A stretch of DNA of 63,175 nt, the filler included, from Rhabdomonas costata (Eukaryota): assembly GCA_019059605.1 (NCBI GenBank). It is 20 parts of 20 records of this genome, joined end to end, with 100 filler letters (N's around TTAATTAATTAA, not from the genome) between each part and the next. Parts side by side here need not be neighbours in the genome. Positions count along the whole stretch, not along the records: positions 1 to 3,142 come from JAHMHO010001456.1; positions 3,243 to 6,297 come from JAHMHO010001457.1; positions 6,398 to 9,458 come from JAHMHO010001458.1; positions 9,559 to 12,621 come from JAHMHO010001459.1; 16 more parts are not named here. One strand, given 5' to 3'. The notes beneath the pieces were generated by a model, which saw only the letters and a program-made list of their open reading frames with translations, did not search any database and was not told the DNA's origin. Position numbers and translations under genes: made by a program. Shown here piece after piece: positions 1-12,060 of the stretch. The stretch's first letter is position 1. Every line of letters begins with the position of its first letter.

Positions 1-224
1 GTTGTTTTGGAAAGGTGAAAATTTTTGACTTTGAGGTTTTTGGGTTCGGGCCTTGCGAACTCGCTCTCCAGTCCATGCAGATGCGAGGCACGAAGGCCCG
101 GAGATCTTCTTAGATCTGCTTCAAGCTTTTGGAGGGCGACGCACTCCAAAATCCGTTCTCACCAGAGACGCCAAATGGTGGTCAACCCTATGAGGGATGA
201 AATCTTCTGTGTGCGCTTTTTCAG

Positions 225-765
225 GTGATGCAGGAGTTGCAGGACGCGGAGGAGGTGAAGGCCGTGACCAGCCAGGACGCAGAGTTCATCGAGCTCACTG
301 ACATTGGTGCCTGCGAGCGCTCATACCCCAGTGGACTCATGATCTGGCATCCCCCAAAGGAAGGCCCTTTTTTCCGAGAAGGGACGAACACCGCGAAGAA
401 ACTCGGCAGTGATACGTTGCGACCGCATTTAGAAGCGGTACATGTGCCGTTCGTTACTGCTATAAACCTGGGATTGGTGGTGGTCGTTTCCCAGACACCA
501 ACGACCTTACCGAAGAAGATGGATGCGTGAGTTGGGTCGGTTAGTTTGACCTGTTCCCACAGCAGTCTCCGCACTTGCTGCACTTTGAATCGTCTTTTGG
601 CATTCATTGTGCATCCCTTCTGATGATTTCGATAACCCCCTCCTCATCTCCCGCACGGTGTAGTGGCCCGGCCGCCAGTGTTCCAGGCCGTGGAGAAGCA
701 CCACGAGCCGTGGTACGCCAAGGTGCTCCGCTGCTGGGACTTCACTACAGAGGCCCCCACGGACA

Positions 766-803
<38 letters not shown>

Positions 804-1077
804 CTGTTTGCTGTTGCAAGTGTTAGCCTTCAGCACTGGCGAACGTCGCCATCGTTGGGTGTCCCCATCGGCCCACAAGTCACACCAAGCGTCGACTGGG
901 TAGGATCCTGATCTGCCTCTCGTATGTCTACCCTACACGCTGATGGAATTCGCGCTTCATCCTGTTACTTTCTTCTCTCGTGCAGCCCCCTGTGCCGGAG
1001 CCGCTGTTCAAGAACCTCTCTCTGCGAGTGGATCGTGGCCATGGGGTGGTGATCATGGGGCGCAGCGGCTGTGGGAA
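225..1077 (+). CDS. ABC transporter, ABCD (peroxisomal)-like, partial: linker through Walker A
   Basis: Phase-compatible GT-AG exons 225-306, 664-767 and 986-1077 give VMQELQDAEEVKAVTSQDAEFIELTDIVARPP...PEPLFKNLSLRVDRGHGVVIMGRSGCGK. GRSGCGK is a Walker A motif in the LF.NLSL.V..G....I.G.SGCGK context typical of ABCD proteins. A strong GTAAGT donor follows at 1078. Confidence 0.75.
768..796. repeat. (GT)n microsatellite starting at an intron donor
   Basis: A perfect GT dinucleotide run is visible in the sequence. Confidence 0.9.
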
Positions 1078-1725
1078 GTAAGTAATGCTTTTCTTTTGCG
1101 TGTGCATCGACATTCACACACACACACAGACCTGAGCGAAGAATGGCAGAGGCAGCCCGGAGGCAGAGGGGATTCAGCGAAAGAGGGCAGGAAGAGCCCG
1201 CAATGCAACCATAGAGTACCATGTTCTGTCACAGCAACACCTGCAGATACTGGTGCTGCAGATTCATACATCTGAAGGGAACATCAAAGGGTCGTTTCCG
1301 AGAGAAGCCCCTACCCACCCCACAAAAAGAAAGGAGCCTAATCATTTCCCAGTGCAATGCAGGAACGCTTGAAACAAGTGTAACGTGTTGTATCAGTAAC
1401 TAAATCCGCCTTCTCTGAACTCGGAAGCATCCTCCCTTATTTACGTCAGCTACGATGGTACTTCACTTTCCAGCGCAATTCTCTGCGTCGTTTTTTGTGG
1501 GGGGTGGGTTGTATATGGCTCAGAAAGGCTGGGCTTCCGCAGGACTTCGGGAAGTACAACTCCGTCTTCATGAACTACTCCAGAGCTCTGATCGAGGCAT
1601 GTGTGAAGCTGGTGCGGCCCATGATGCGGAACACGGGCCCTGTAACCGCGCTGAATGTCACGGTGTCATGCCCGTCATGCCGTGAGCTTCTGCCACGGTG
1701 GCAGGATTTGTTATGATAGCGCTCA

Positions 1726-1777
1726 CCTTGCCTTTGCCTTGCCTTTGCCTTGCCTTGCCTTGCCTTGCCTTGCCTTG
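1726..1777. repeat. (CCTTG)n microsatellite
   Basis: Tandem CCTTG/CCTTTG units are visible. Confidence 0.85.
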
Positions 1778-2894
1778 TGTATAGTTTGTGTCATTTGTGC
1801 CTAGTTTTAGCTTCGTGTGCAGTAGTGCTTCTTAGTTCTCATACCAGAGGAAGGGGAGTTTTGCATTGGATTCTCCTGTGCTCTGTCGTGAACCGTTTCC
1901 GTACACCTGTGGCTCTTCGCACAGTCAGAGCACTTGGCATGTACACGTTGCTTCTTGTCGAAACCTGTGAACAAGAAGGGTTACGAAAGCATCTGTGAAG
2001 ATGGAGGTTGCTTTCCCCGCCCGCCCCTTGCATATTTTTTGCCCTGGCTTGTGTTTGCTTTGCACCAGCGCTGCTGCGCGTTCATAGCTCACGTGAACGT
2101 TTGTATTTGGCGAGGCCCCAACGGGCTTCTCTAACAGCCCACATTGCCAGCTTTGCCTATGTTGGATGTTGTGGGAGGCCGTCTGTTCCACCTGGCTGGT
2201 TTTTCTGTGGACTGCATTTTTCCCTTTTCCCAGAAACTCGCTGTGTTTTGATGGAGTCCACTTTCCTGAAACTCTCTTCGGGGGCGACCAAACAAGCAGG
2301 CGTCGCGACTTTGTGAACAATGTGGGCCTGACCACCAGCCAGAATCACCAATTTAGCGTTTTAGCGTTTGTTTAGCGTGGTGAAGAATCAATAAGAACCT
2401 ACAATTCGTTAGTAGTTGATGGTTGGCAAAGACAGCAAGAGTGTTCAGCGTAGGGGAAAGAGGCAAAGAGCTGCATCCAGTATGACGCTGGTCACATTGC
2501 CCTCCTCTTCCATCTCGCTGAGCTGCAATGCAAATTGCTGCGAACAGTGTGGGTTCTTGAATCTGCAAGGCAACGTAAGGGCGCACCATTGCATCTTTTG
2601 CACCTATATTGGCCGCATCACCTCAAAAAGTCACAACCGAAAAATCAGTGCACTCCAAATCAGGCATTTCGGACTTCGAAGCGAAAAAGGTGTGGTGAAT
2701 AAACTGGTTTCACTTGGAGGTGTTTTTGCCTCTTTTCGCCCTGTTGTTGTTGGTACTGTGACTTTGACCGACCGCAATTTGTATTATGCTTGATTCAGAT
2801 CGCATGGGCATAGGGGTGTGAATATGTGAACCCCTTGGGTGCCGTATTCCCCTGCCTGCTTTTACCGCCGCTGTTGCAGCCCGCTGATGCGCTT

Positions 2895-3130
2895 ATGTCC
2901 TCCCTTTTCGGGTGCCCCCTCCTCTCCCTGTCCTTGCACCTTCTCCTTTGCACCATGACCCACGCGAACGACTCACCTGTGCTCTCGAACCTCAGCTTCT
3001 CCGCTCAGTCTCCTACCCTTGCGTACCGCAGTTTCGACAACAGCATTGATGTCGTGCCAACATTTTACCAAAACGGCAGTGTGCCAACTGTCCCTCCTCT
3101 TCAGGATAACCTGATTTTGGATGACCGTCC
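2895..3130 (+). CDS. Putative secreted or surface protein, N-terminal fragment
   Basis: ATG followed by a signal-peptide-like MSSLFGCPLLSLSLHLLLCTMTHA, then NDSPVLSNLSFS...VVPTFYQN, which weakly resembles a cadherin-like beta-sandwich start. The frame is open to the contig end. Confidence 0.35.
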
Positions 3131-3142
3131 CACCCCCCAACA

Positions 3143-3242
3143 NNNNNNNNNNNNNNNNNNNNNNNNNNNNNNNNNNNNNNNNNNNNTTAATTAATTAANN
3201 NNNNNNNNNNNNNNNNNNNNNNNNNNNNNNNNNNNNNNNNNN
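3143..3242. other. Artificial contig-joining spacer (first of 19)
   Basis: N44-TTAATTAATTAA-N44, giving stops in all six frames. Identical spacers start at 3143, 6298, 9459, 12622, 15783, 18938, 22097, 25257, 28420, 31577, 34733, 37889, 41046, 44201, 47357, 50511, 53665, 56820 and 60021. Confidence 0.99.
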
Positions 3243-3535
3243 GTGATGTGTTCTTGTGTGTGTGAAGGCTGATGGGTGGAGGGGTAGAGAGGGAGAGGAA
3301 GTTTGTGTATGAATATACCCCGCAATCACTGTACACTGAGAAAGGGACTGAGAAGGGATCCATCCTTCCTAGTCCCCTTGCCGTTGGCCTGCTGCCTCTA
3401 TGCCGCTATGTCCGCAAGTGGCCAAGAGGCTCCTGCCAAACCCTCCCACAAAGGTAGCGGTGGTGGGTTAATGTAAAGTAAAGTCCACAGAACAGTACGC
3501 GGTCAGAGAAGCCCAGGCTCCCCGAGCCGTGAGCT

Positions 3536-5360
3536 TCAGGCTTCAAGCTCCTGGGCCATGTGCAGGCTTATGTCTGCTCGGTCACGGGCGTCCGCGTCGA
3601 TATCCATGCACTGGGTCACCGCGATCCGCAGCATCCTCTCCATGATGTCCACGCTCTCGTACCGAGGAAGCGTCATCGCCATGCTGCACGTCGCAGCCTG
3701 TGCACCACACATTCACTACCCTCGCAGTGAAGAACGAGCATCTTTGAAAGTGTTTTTTTGGAAGAAAACTGTCACCGGCGAGTCTCTCAATTCCCGTAAA
3801 TAGCCAAAGATTTATATAAACGAGAGATCCTGCCATGCCGAGGTTACCACTTGAGGAGAGAACCTCCGGATCTTATAAGTGGTGACAGGCCACAACTACT
3901 CAAGATCACTATCAACAGAAAAAACGGGATGCAGGCGGGCTAAATCAGAGAAGTATCTTTCAGCGAATATATGGCCCCCGCCATGTCAAGTGAGAAGCGA
4001 AAAACTACAGCTAATGGCACACCGGCAAAACATCGGCATACCCCAGAAAAGGTAACCTGATTTTTGGAGCCTCCAACGCAAAAGAAACAACTATGCTGAC
4101 ATAGTTTTACAGAAGACGACTTTTTAAGATCCCCGAACCCCCTGTAAGTCGAATGGTCGCTTATTGGTACCACTTTTCCTGCTCTCATCTTTAACGTGGC
4201 ACGGGCAAAGAAAAAAAGCAAAAAAAAAAACGGGGATAGAGAGTGGTGCACGGACCCTATTAACGTGGACGGGAGGGGAGGCAACCACAGGTAGTTGTTG
4301 CCCCCGCCACCAAAAAAGTCAGGAGCGGTGTGCGGAGTCACAATGAGAGAGAGTCTCGTGAGGTATCTTGCCAACAAACGGATTGAAATTCCAGAAGGCG
4401 AAGGAGAGAGGGGAGAAGGAGGGAGGGGCCCAAGCGGACCTCTGGGAGGCGGGTGACGGAGTTGGACCACTGCACGTTGATCTTCAGAGGAAGCCGGGTG
4501 CGCCCCGTGGCAAACCGGCACAGCATGCTCCGGAACTCGTAGGAAAAACGCTCCACAACCTCCCAGAAAATTTTTTCCGCCGCCGTCTGGCCACTGGGGC
4601 TGCAACAGCACAGGACGTGGGGATGGGGGAGAATTCTCTTCGAGCCTCCAACGAAAGAGAGAGAGAGAGGTCCTAATCCTAACGGACTCTGCAAACCCAT
4701 GTGTCAGGAAATTCAATGCGATTTGTCACTGGAGAACGTGCCAGCCGATGCGAGCCATACGACCATCAGCCGTTGCGGGGCTTCGCCTCTGTGTCTATCG
4801 GAAGGGAAAGGAAGACCGTGGAGACGGAAAGCCACCCTAACGCTTCTGTTGGGCGGACGTTCTTGGGAAACCTCGCTGGCTCTTTCGGACCGCGGCTTGT
4901 TGGCCAACCTTCAGCGCTCGCTCCACACACACACACACACACACACACCTGGTGCACTTGGCAAGGAAGCATTTTTTCTGGGGAGGACTCGAGGTCCACT
5001 TCCCCATGGACTCCCAAATTTCGATGGGACATGGGCCCATCGGGCCTCACACCCTTGTCGACCCATGGTGCCTCTGCCTTGTCCCTCTGTCTGGTCACGT
5101 TGTGTTGACTAACCCTATGTGCCCCCCGATCCACACAGTGTTCGCGGGGTCTTGGAAACCCCGAACAGACACGCACACACACAAATACACCTGAAGCTGA
5201 CGTACTTCTGCAGCTCCGTCACCTCGATCTTCCAGTCCCCGCAGATGATCCCCTCCAAGTCGCGCCAGTTCAGGGCCACCAGGAACCCCTCCGGGACCAC
5301 CGCAGAGAGCCCCCGTCGGATCGCTGCAATCTGAGGGTCCCACTGCGCCAGGACTTGCTC
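3536..5360 (-). CDS. HECT-domain E3 ubiquitin ligase, C-terminal three exons
   Basis: Exons 5360-5191, 4599-4440 and 3697-3536 (GT-AG, phases fit) give ...QIAAIRRGLSAVVPEGFLVALNWRDLEGIICG...KIFWEVVERFSYEFRSMLCRFATGRTRLP...RLPEAATCSMAMTLPRYES...LEA*. The HECT C-lobe motifs FWEVV, F.TG..RLP and LP.A.TC (catalytic Cys) are present. Confidence 0.9.
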
Positions 5361-6623
5361 CTGCGGGAAGCAGAGCGAGAGAGAGAGAGCTGGAAACAAA
5401 AGCGCGCAAGAAGAAATAAAAATGCCTGATAAGCTGTGGATTGGAGGAATTCTTGCACCCAGCCATCTCGGCCATTCTCTCGTCTCCTCTGATCCTTACC
5501 TCAACACAGTTTATACTCCAAGGCTATGTTCACAAAGAGCTTCTGAATCACACCGTCCTAAGAGCCCATTAACGTTGTACACTTTAGCACGGCCCGGTCA
5601 GCACGGGAAAAAGGTCATCCGTCAGTTGATGCGACTGGCAAGACATACCGGTGGTGGTGAGGTGCATCCTGTACTCCGAGTGCAAAAAAAACACCCGGCA
5701 CCGGTTTTTGCCATTGGTTCCGCCAGGACTGACCAGACTCCACCTTCCTGGGGGAACTCTTAGGTGGGGCACCATTTATCTCGATGGCTGAATTAGTTTC
5801 TACCCCGACCTGTTGGGAGTAGAAAATCGGTGGACGGCAGCATCGCTGACCAAGCGCAGTCTGATGAGGGGTTGATCAATGACAAGTTCGACACGGATAG
5901 AACCGCACGCCAGTTTACGCCCGACTCAATCCTTCATTCAGCCAGTCCAGTCGCAGCACCAACAAGCACTCGGGACTCAATCTGCGCCCTTCCTTCGTCC
6001 ATCACGGGCGGGCGGGCACTCCCACACACAACCGGGCTTTCCCATCTTTCCCTGCTGAGTCTTGGCCCTTCTTCAGAACTTTCTCACGCCTCTTTCCCCC
6101 ATCTCTGGCTCTCAATTCTGTCCCCTTCACATCTTTTTCGCAGAGCGTATCATCTTCATTGGTCGCCCTGTTTGACAGCGCCCGGGCATTCTTCTCTTTA
6201 GCTGTCATCCACCATTCATCTGGCAGTCACATGATTTTGTGCACTTGTCGAGGGCAAATGTTTACTGGGGACGAACCTTACGGCCATTCAAACCCCCNNN
6301 NNNNNNNNNNNNNNNNNNNNNNNNNNNNNNNNNNNNNNNNNTTAATTAATTAANNNNNNNNNNNNNNNNNNNNNNNNNNNNNNNNNNNNNNNNNNNNGGT
6401 GGGTGGGGACCCACGTCCCATTGATACGGGCACCCGAGGTTTTAGCCGTCAACCGAACATGCCATGAAGTTGAGGTTCATCAACTTCAAATACGAATGGG
6501 AAACGAAATACGGATGGGACCGCCTTCCCGTGATCAATGACACTAGGCAAGAGCTTACAGGAGAAGGCAGAAAAACAATGCCCGATGTGGAGGCACGCAA
6601 CGCAAGACCGCTCAGGAACCAAC

Positions 6624-7447
6624 CTTGTTATAAACGAGCATGGTCTTCGCCCCCGTGGTGGAGGAGTAGTACCCAAACAGCTCCCGGGTTCCATTAGGGG
6701 TAAACGTGATTGCCGAGGCAAATCCGGTGCCATTGAGTTGGGTGAAGAAGAACGGGAGGTAGCTGGAGGGCAACGAGGAGTTGAAGGTGCCCAACTTGAA
6801 GCTACACGAGTTCATCAGAGCCATCCCTTCAGCTCTGCGCGCAAAAAAATCGACACAAACGCACGCATGCAGAGGCATGCATGCAGGCAGGCAGGCACTC
6901 CCAGGAGAGGAGCATTACCACACAACTACTAGCATACCAAACAAAGATGTCACACGCACCAAAAGACGCGCACCAAACAGAAACACGAATTTTCATGCTC
7001 GGCGTGGTTTAGGCTGTCAGGATATGAAAGCCGCTTCCATGAGCAACCGCTTACAGAATCACACCTAATCTGCAACCTTACCATCATGGTTTCACAGGTA
7101 AAGGTGTGCCTATAGGGGAAAAGTCAGGAAGGCCACCGCACCCCCCCAACACCCCGCCTCCTCTGTTCGCTCCGGTCCAGCATGAAGCGGGCAGAGTTGG
7201 CCACCATGGTGAGGAGCTCCAGCTGGGCCGCCGCCTCGACCTCGACCACGGTGACCACCCCGACGGAGAACGTCGGGAATAGCCCAATGAACCCTGCCGT
7301 GGCCACCGAGACCAAGCAGAACAGCGCAGCCAGCACGCGCAGAGACAGCAGGCAGTCCAGGGCACGGGCCCAGCATCGCGAGGCGGGGCTCTCCTGCGGC
7401 TCGGGAAGAGGCAGAGGGTTGGGGCTCCGAGACTGATGCCGCGGGCG
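6624..7447 (-). CDS. Receptor-type membrane protein: TM helix plus start of a Cache-like ectodomain; probably the N-terminus of a receptor nucleotidyl cyclase
   Basis: Exons 7447-7173 and 6834-6624 give SLRVLAALFCLVSVATAGFIGLF (TM) ...ELLTMVANSARFMLDR|AEGMALMNSCSFKLGTFNSSLPSSYLPFFFTQLNGTGFASAITF... This aligns by eye with DSLMVSVETSVQSYVDRCESMV of the cyclase gene at 53925-56294. The donor position is uncertain (see findings). Confidence 0.6.
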
Positions 7448-10400
7448 CTGCGAGGGTAGAAGAAGGAAAAGATGGCATATAGTGGAAGCTTTTCCGATGA
7501 GGTCAATTTTCACGGGGTGAGAAACGGACCTTGGCGCTAGCAACAAGGCGATGGCGTGATGGAGCTTTTGACAGACGACAGGAAGGGGTTGCTTCAACAC
7601 TACCAACACCACGCCACCACGCCACTACTGTTCGAAGCTTAACCTTGAAATGATCCGTCTTCGCAGTTTCCACATGGACATACACCAGAAGCTGATCTGC
7701 GCCGGCGAAGCTGGACGCAGCTCAGCGGGGGTGGGGAAGGCCGACGAATTGACACCTAAAGACAAACTGATCCTCCTATCTTCGTTGTAGCGGCTGTGAT
7801 AAACGACAGCCGCTTGTAACTGGGAACTGGCTGCAGTTTCAGACAGTGCTGCCACGACGAGGGACACCCACAACCAAACACTCACACAGGAAAAATAGTT
7901 TCCTTTATTTGCCATTTGGAATCTTTTCAATGAGGTCAGCCAAGTCCCAGTCGTTCTGTAGAGCAGTGGAAAAGCTGCGCAACAGGCGCCCGATGCCTGT
8001 GAGCGGAGCTCACAAAAATCTCAAGTTTACGTAGTTCAAAAAAGGTTCCAAACGACCACCGGTGCAAGGAAACATACCTCTGGAACCAAGGGGTTGTTGG
8101 AAACTTCTGTGTTTCCCATAATCTGAAGAAAAGGAGAACACCACCATGACAGAAGAACAAAGAGTAGAAGGTGAGGACCAAAGTCGTGAGAGCAAAACAG
8201 TGTCGAATACAAAACTTGGTAAAAGTAGAACACCAGACGAAGTACTTCCGCTTGGTTAGAACCGGCCACTAGATTTTATTCCCGCCCCCGCAACCTTTTG
8301 GGCTAGAGAGGGCTCGGTTCCGACCTGGACTCCGGAGGAAGGCACATTACCACCCAACCGTCAAACCGCCAACGCGCCCCCTCCCCAATACACCGCCTGG
8401 TAATTTTTTGATATCCTGAGAACTTGTCATTGCCAGGTTACTGTGGCCAATATAGAGTGATGCATTCTCAGTTGAAGGAACTGACCAATATTTCACAAAA
8501 GCACTGCTGAGGAGGATAGCACTGCGAGTCTGGGATACCTGAGACAATTGAGACAATATGATTAATAAAAGGTAATGACCCCCCCCACCACCACCTTGCT
8601 GTGTTGCACAGAGCAGGCGAGAACGTATTACTCATGTGTACAGCAGGGATGGGGGGGGGGTGCGGAGATATTCAGCCACCACAAAGGAAGGGGAACGCAC
8701 CGGGTTCGGCGTCACCGACACCGCCGGTTCAACCTGTGTGGGAGGGAGACATGGATAAGTGCCCAGACAAATAAAAGGGGAGCACCCAAAGCTGATCTGG
8801 ACCGATCCCACAGACCTTCATTCGATAAAAACCCAAAGAATAAAACCGAATCTCACGGACCTGCGAAGGCTCTGCACAAGGGCGCTGACCCAGGTCCATT
8901 TGCCTGACTTGATTGATCCAAGAAAAGTCAAGAAATTAGAAAGTACAAGAGAAAAAACTGCGTAAGGAAAAGGACAAAATGAAAACATTCACAGAAAAGC
9001 AAAAAGAAGATCGCCGTAACTGTGCAGTTGATCAATGGTGGACAAGGATGAGCGCTGTATCATGTACCATTCCCCACACAAGATCTCAGATGGACACACG
9101 AAGACCAATTACAACCCGCCAAATTATCGCAATGGTCTCGTGCTGTGCTGGTGAATGAAAATGTGCAAAAATTACAGACATGGGTTTCGAGGTGCTGGGC
9201 ATGCGGCCTGAACCCGTGTGTATGGACCTGTGTGGAAAAGTAGCCGATTCACAGTCACATTGCAACCGAGGTGACGCATTTATGGAGTGGGAATGGGTTT
9301 CCATGGAGGATTGGCAATAACATGTGGGTCAAACAACCGCTCGGGAAAGTAAGGGGAAGATGTGAATCACTGCTTGGCTCGAGCTTAAGAAGAAAGATCT
9401 GAAATCCAACCTCGTAATTGAAGAATGAATTTCTAATGTAAGTGACCCCACAAACCCCNNNNNNNNNNNNNNNNNNNNNNNNNNNNNNNNNNNNNNNNNN
9501 NNTTAATTAATTAANNNNNNNNNNNNNNNNNNNNNNNNNNNNNNNNNNNNNNNNNNNNGTGGTGGGTGTGTTTGGTGTTTTTTGTACGCAATATTTGGGT
9601 GCGCGCTGTCGTCATGGGTGATGCTCCGTTGAGGGGTCGTGCGTTCGCGTGGACTGTCGTGGGCAACATGTGGACTGAGGTCCCTTGTTGGTTTCCCCTT
9701 CTCTTCTGCAGAAAAAGAGGTGCTGCTTGCTTCAGAGCTTTGCCCGTGAAGCGACACCGCCCTTGTCTTTCAGTCCGTTTTTGGCGCTTCACCGTTTATG
9801 ACACTGAGGGCTGTGAGGAGTGGTGTTTGGTGACTTCCCTTTTGCGGTCGAATTTGCCGACATTCATGCAGCCAGCATGCACACGACTAAACTTTGCATC
9901 CGTCGCAATTTGGATAGATCACAGTTTGGCGGCAAGCCCCCGCTTGTTGGCTCTCTATTCTATTCGAACCGACCCACCTCACGGCCGTCCGCGTTCCCCG
10001 ATCCGAAAATCACGTGCCCCCATCCCGACAGCATGACAAAATAGAAGAACTGCTGAAATACAGAGCCCATACAGAACACCAGTGTCGAAGGGGTCTGCGT
10101 TGGTCAGTAAAATGCTGTTCTTGCGGCAAGCGAGCTTGCGAACCAGATCAGAGCCCAGCGAGTCTCCCACGGCCCGCCAGTAGTAGTTTTTTTTTGTGGT
10201 TTTGATATCAGATGGTCGTTGGATATGGCCTTCATTTTTGTGCCCAACAGAATCGAATCCAGGGGATCCCTCTGACTGTAACTTGCTGTGGGTCGCGCGG
10301 AATTAAAGGAACCTTTTTTTTGAACTTTTTCAAGCCTTATTAGAGGCAGCCATAATCCAAAAGCAACGTTCGGAAAATGCTGAAGCCAACTAGTCAGAAT

Positions 10401-11814
10401 CATCAAAACGCATCGTCACCGAAGAGGGCACGCAAGACAAGACGCAGGAAGGGCCTCACAGGAAACAAGAGAGGAAATGTCCCATCAGATCCTGCGAAAA
10501 CACACAGCAGAGGAAGCTGCTCTGACCTTTCGCACAAGCCCAGAGTCCGGCCTATTTGGGGAGTGACGTTCGACGGTAGAACGCCTGTATACGGAATAAC
10601 GGCGTTTTGCGGAATAACAACGCAAACCAACACACCGGGCCCCGGCCCAAGAATAGAAAATACATCAGAAGAGTAATTATATGGAAAGTTACACCCGGAA
10701 ACTCAGAAAATGGTATGTGACGGTTTTCCATCCAAGTCTACCTATATTTGTATTTGGCCTGAAAGTTTTCTTGGTGGTGTACCTAAACAGCAGTTATATA
10801 TGGGATGCTGCGAAGAGACCACTGCGCCGAAGGCCCGTTTTTTTTTTCGGGTGATTTCGTGCTTTTGCTGACTTCTAAAGCGAATTGCGAATTCTGTTAC
10901 CGGCTGTTATAGGTGAAGGGTACGTAAAACATGGGGGTTTTAAAACCAGCCAAAAAGTTGTGGTGCAGTTATGAGTTTTCGGTGTAACGTACTTTAATGA
11001 TAATAGCTGCGATCCTCGGCGTCTCTTTTCTATTCAAACAGTGACGTGCCCCAAGAGTCTTTCTCTTCTTCCATCCGATCATTTCCTTAAAGCACTCTCT
11101 CCCTTCCAATGAGTTACTTAGCAGGAGGCCACCCCAGCGCTGAGTCAGGCGACTCCCAGGCCACCAGACTGGGCATGTCCCGCCTGGTCTCCTTCTGCTG
11201 CCATCCCAATGGGCCAACGGTTGCCTTTCTGACCCCCCTCCCCCGCATTTTTTAGGGGAGGGCGAATCCCTTGGTCCATTTATCTGCTCTGAAATCACGC
11301 ATCTACTCAGGGCAAATCTCTCAAGGCAACGCTTCCTTTTTTGTGAAAAAAAAGATGTAAGAAGAAATTTTAAAAACGTGTGAAAACGGAATTTTGTGTT
11401 TGTGGAAAAAACAGTTTGGAGCGATTTGAAGGGCCACCGTTGGAGAAATCGTTGTGTCCCTTCCTTGAAATAAAGGGTGAAGCAGGTTGTTGTGTTGCTT
11501 TTCTAATTCTGCTGCCGTAGAATCTTCACATCTGGTCCCAGGGAAATCCTAAATCTCGTGGTGTTGGTGAATGATGAAGCCAAACTGGCACTCTCGTTTC
11601 ATTTTGTGTGGAAGGACTTCACTCTTTAATCCCATATGCTAATTACCCGCCTTTCCCAGTGAGAATCGCGCGGTGTGAGGCGAAACCGAAGCCGCCCGCT
11701 GTTGACGAAACTGTGGCAATTGGCTATCGACCAGCCAAGTCACAGCCAAATCATCTGTCAACCCCGATATACCCACTAACACCCACAAGTTCTCTCCTCG
11801 ACCCACTTGAACAG

Positions 11815-12060
11815 GGGGTCACGGGTTCCTCCGAGATCCCGGGTTACCCCTCCGCAGTGTCTGAGCCCGCTGGGGTGCCAGCCTCCTCCCAGCCCTCCTC
11901 CCTGCTGCTGCACTTCTCTGTGGAGAACCCATCTCGGACCCCTGCAGCGGCAGTGCCCCCTGCACCACCGACGGAGCACTGGGTTCGCGCAGACCGCGCC
12001 GCAGCGGACGCGCTGCTGCGAAGCCTGCAGGGGCTTGCCCAGCAGCTGTCGGGGATGTGA
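11815..12060 (+). CDS. Terminal exon, possible COMM-domain protein
   Basis: A CAG acceptor precedes GVTGSSE...PSSLLLHFSV...EHWVRADRAAADALLRSLQGLAQQLSGM*. The beta-beta-beta plus amphipathic terminal helix pattern recalls the COMM domain. Codon usage is GC3-rich. Confidence 0.4.
   Translation, partial: GVTGSSEIPGYPSAVSEPAGVPASSQPSSLLLHFSVENPSRTPAAAVPPAPPTEHWVRADRAAADALLRSLQGLAQQLSGM

Noticed and set aside
7083..7110. 28-nt AG/GT-bounded candidate micro-exon (minus strand) within the receptor intron
   Set aside because: It contains a stop in two entry phases, and the third leaves it out of phase with the next exon.
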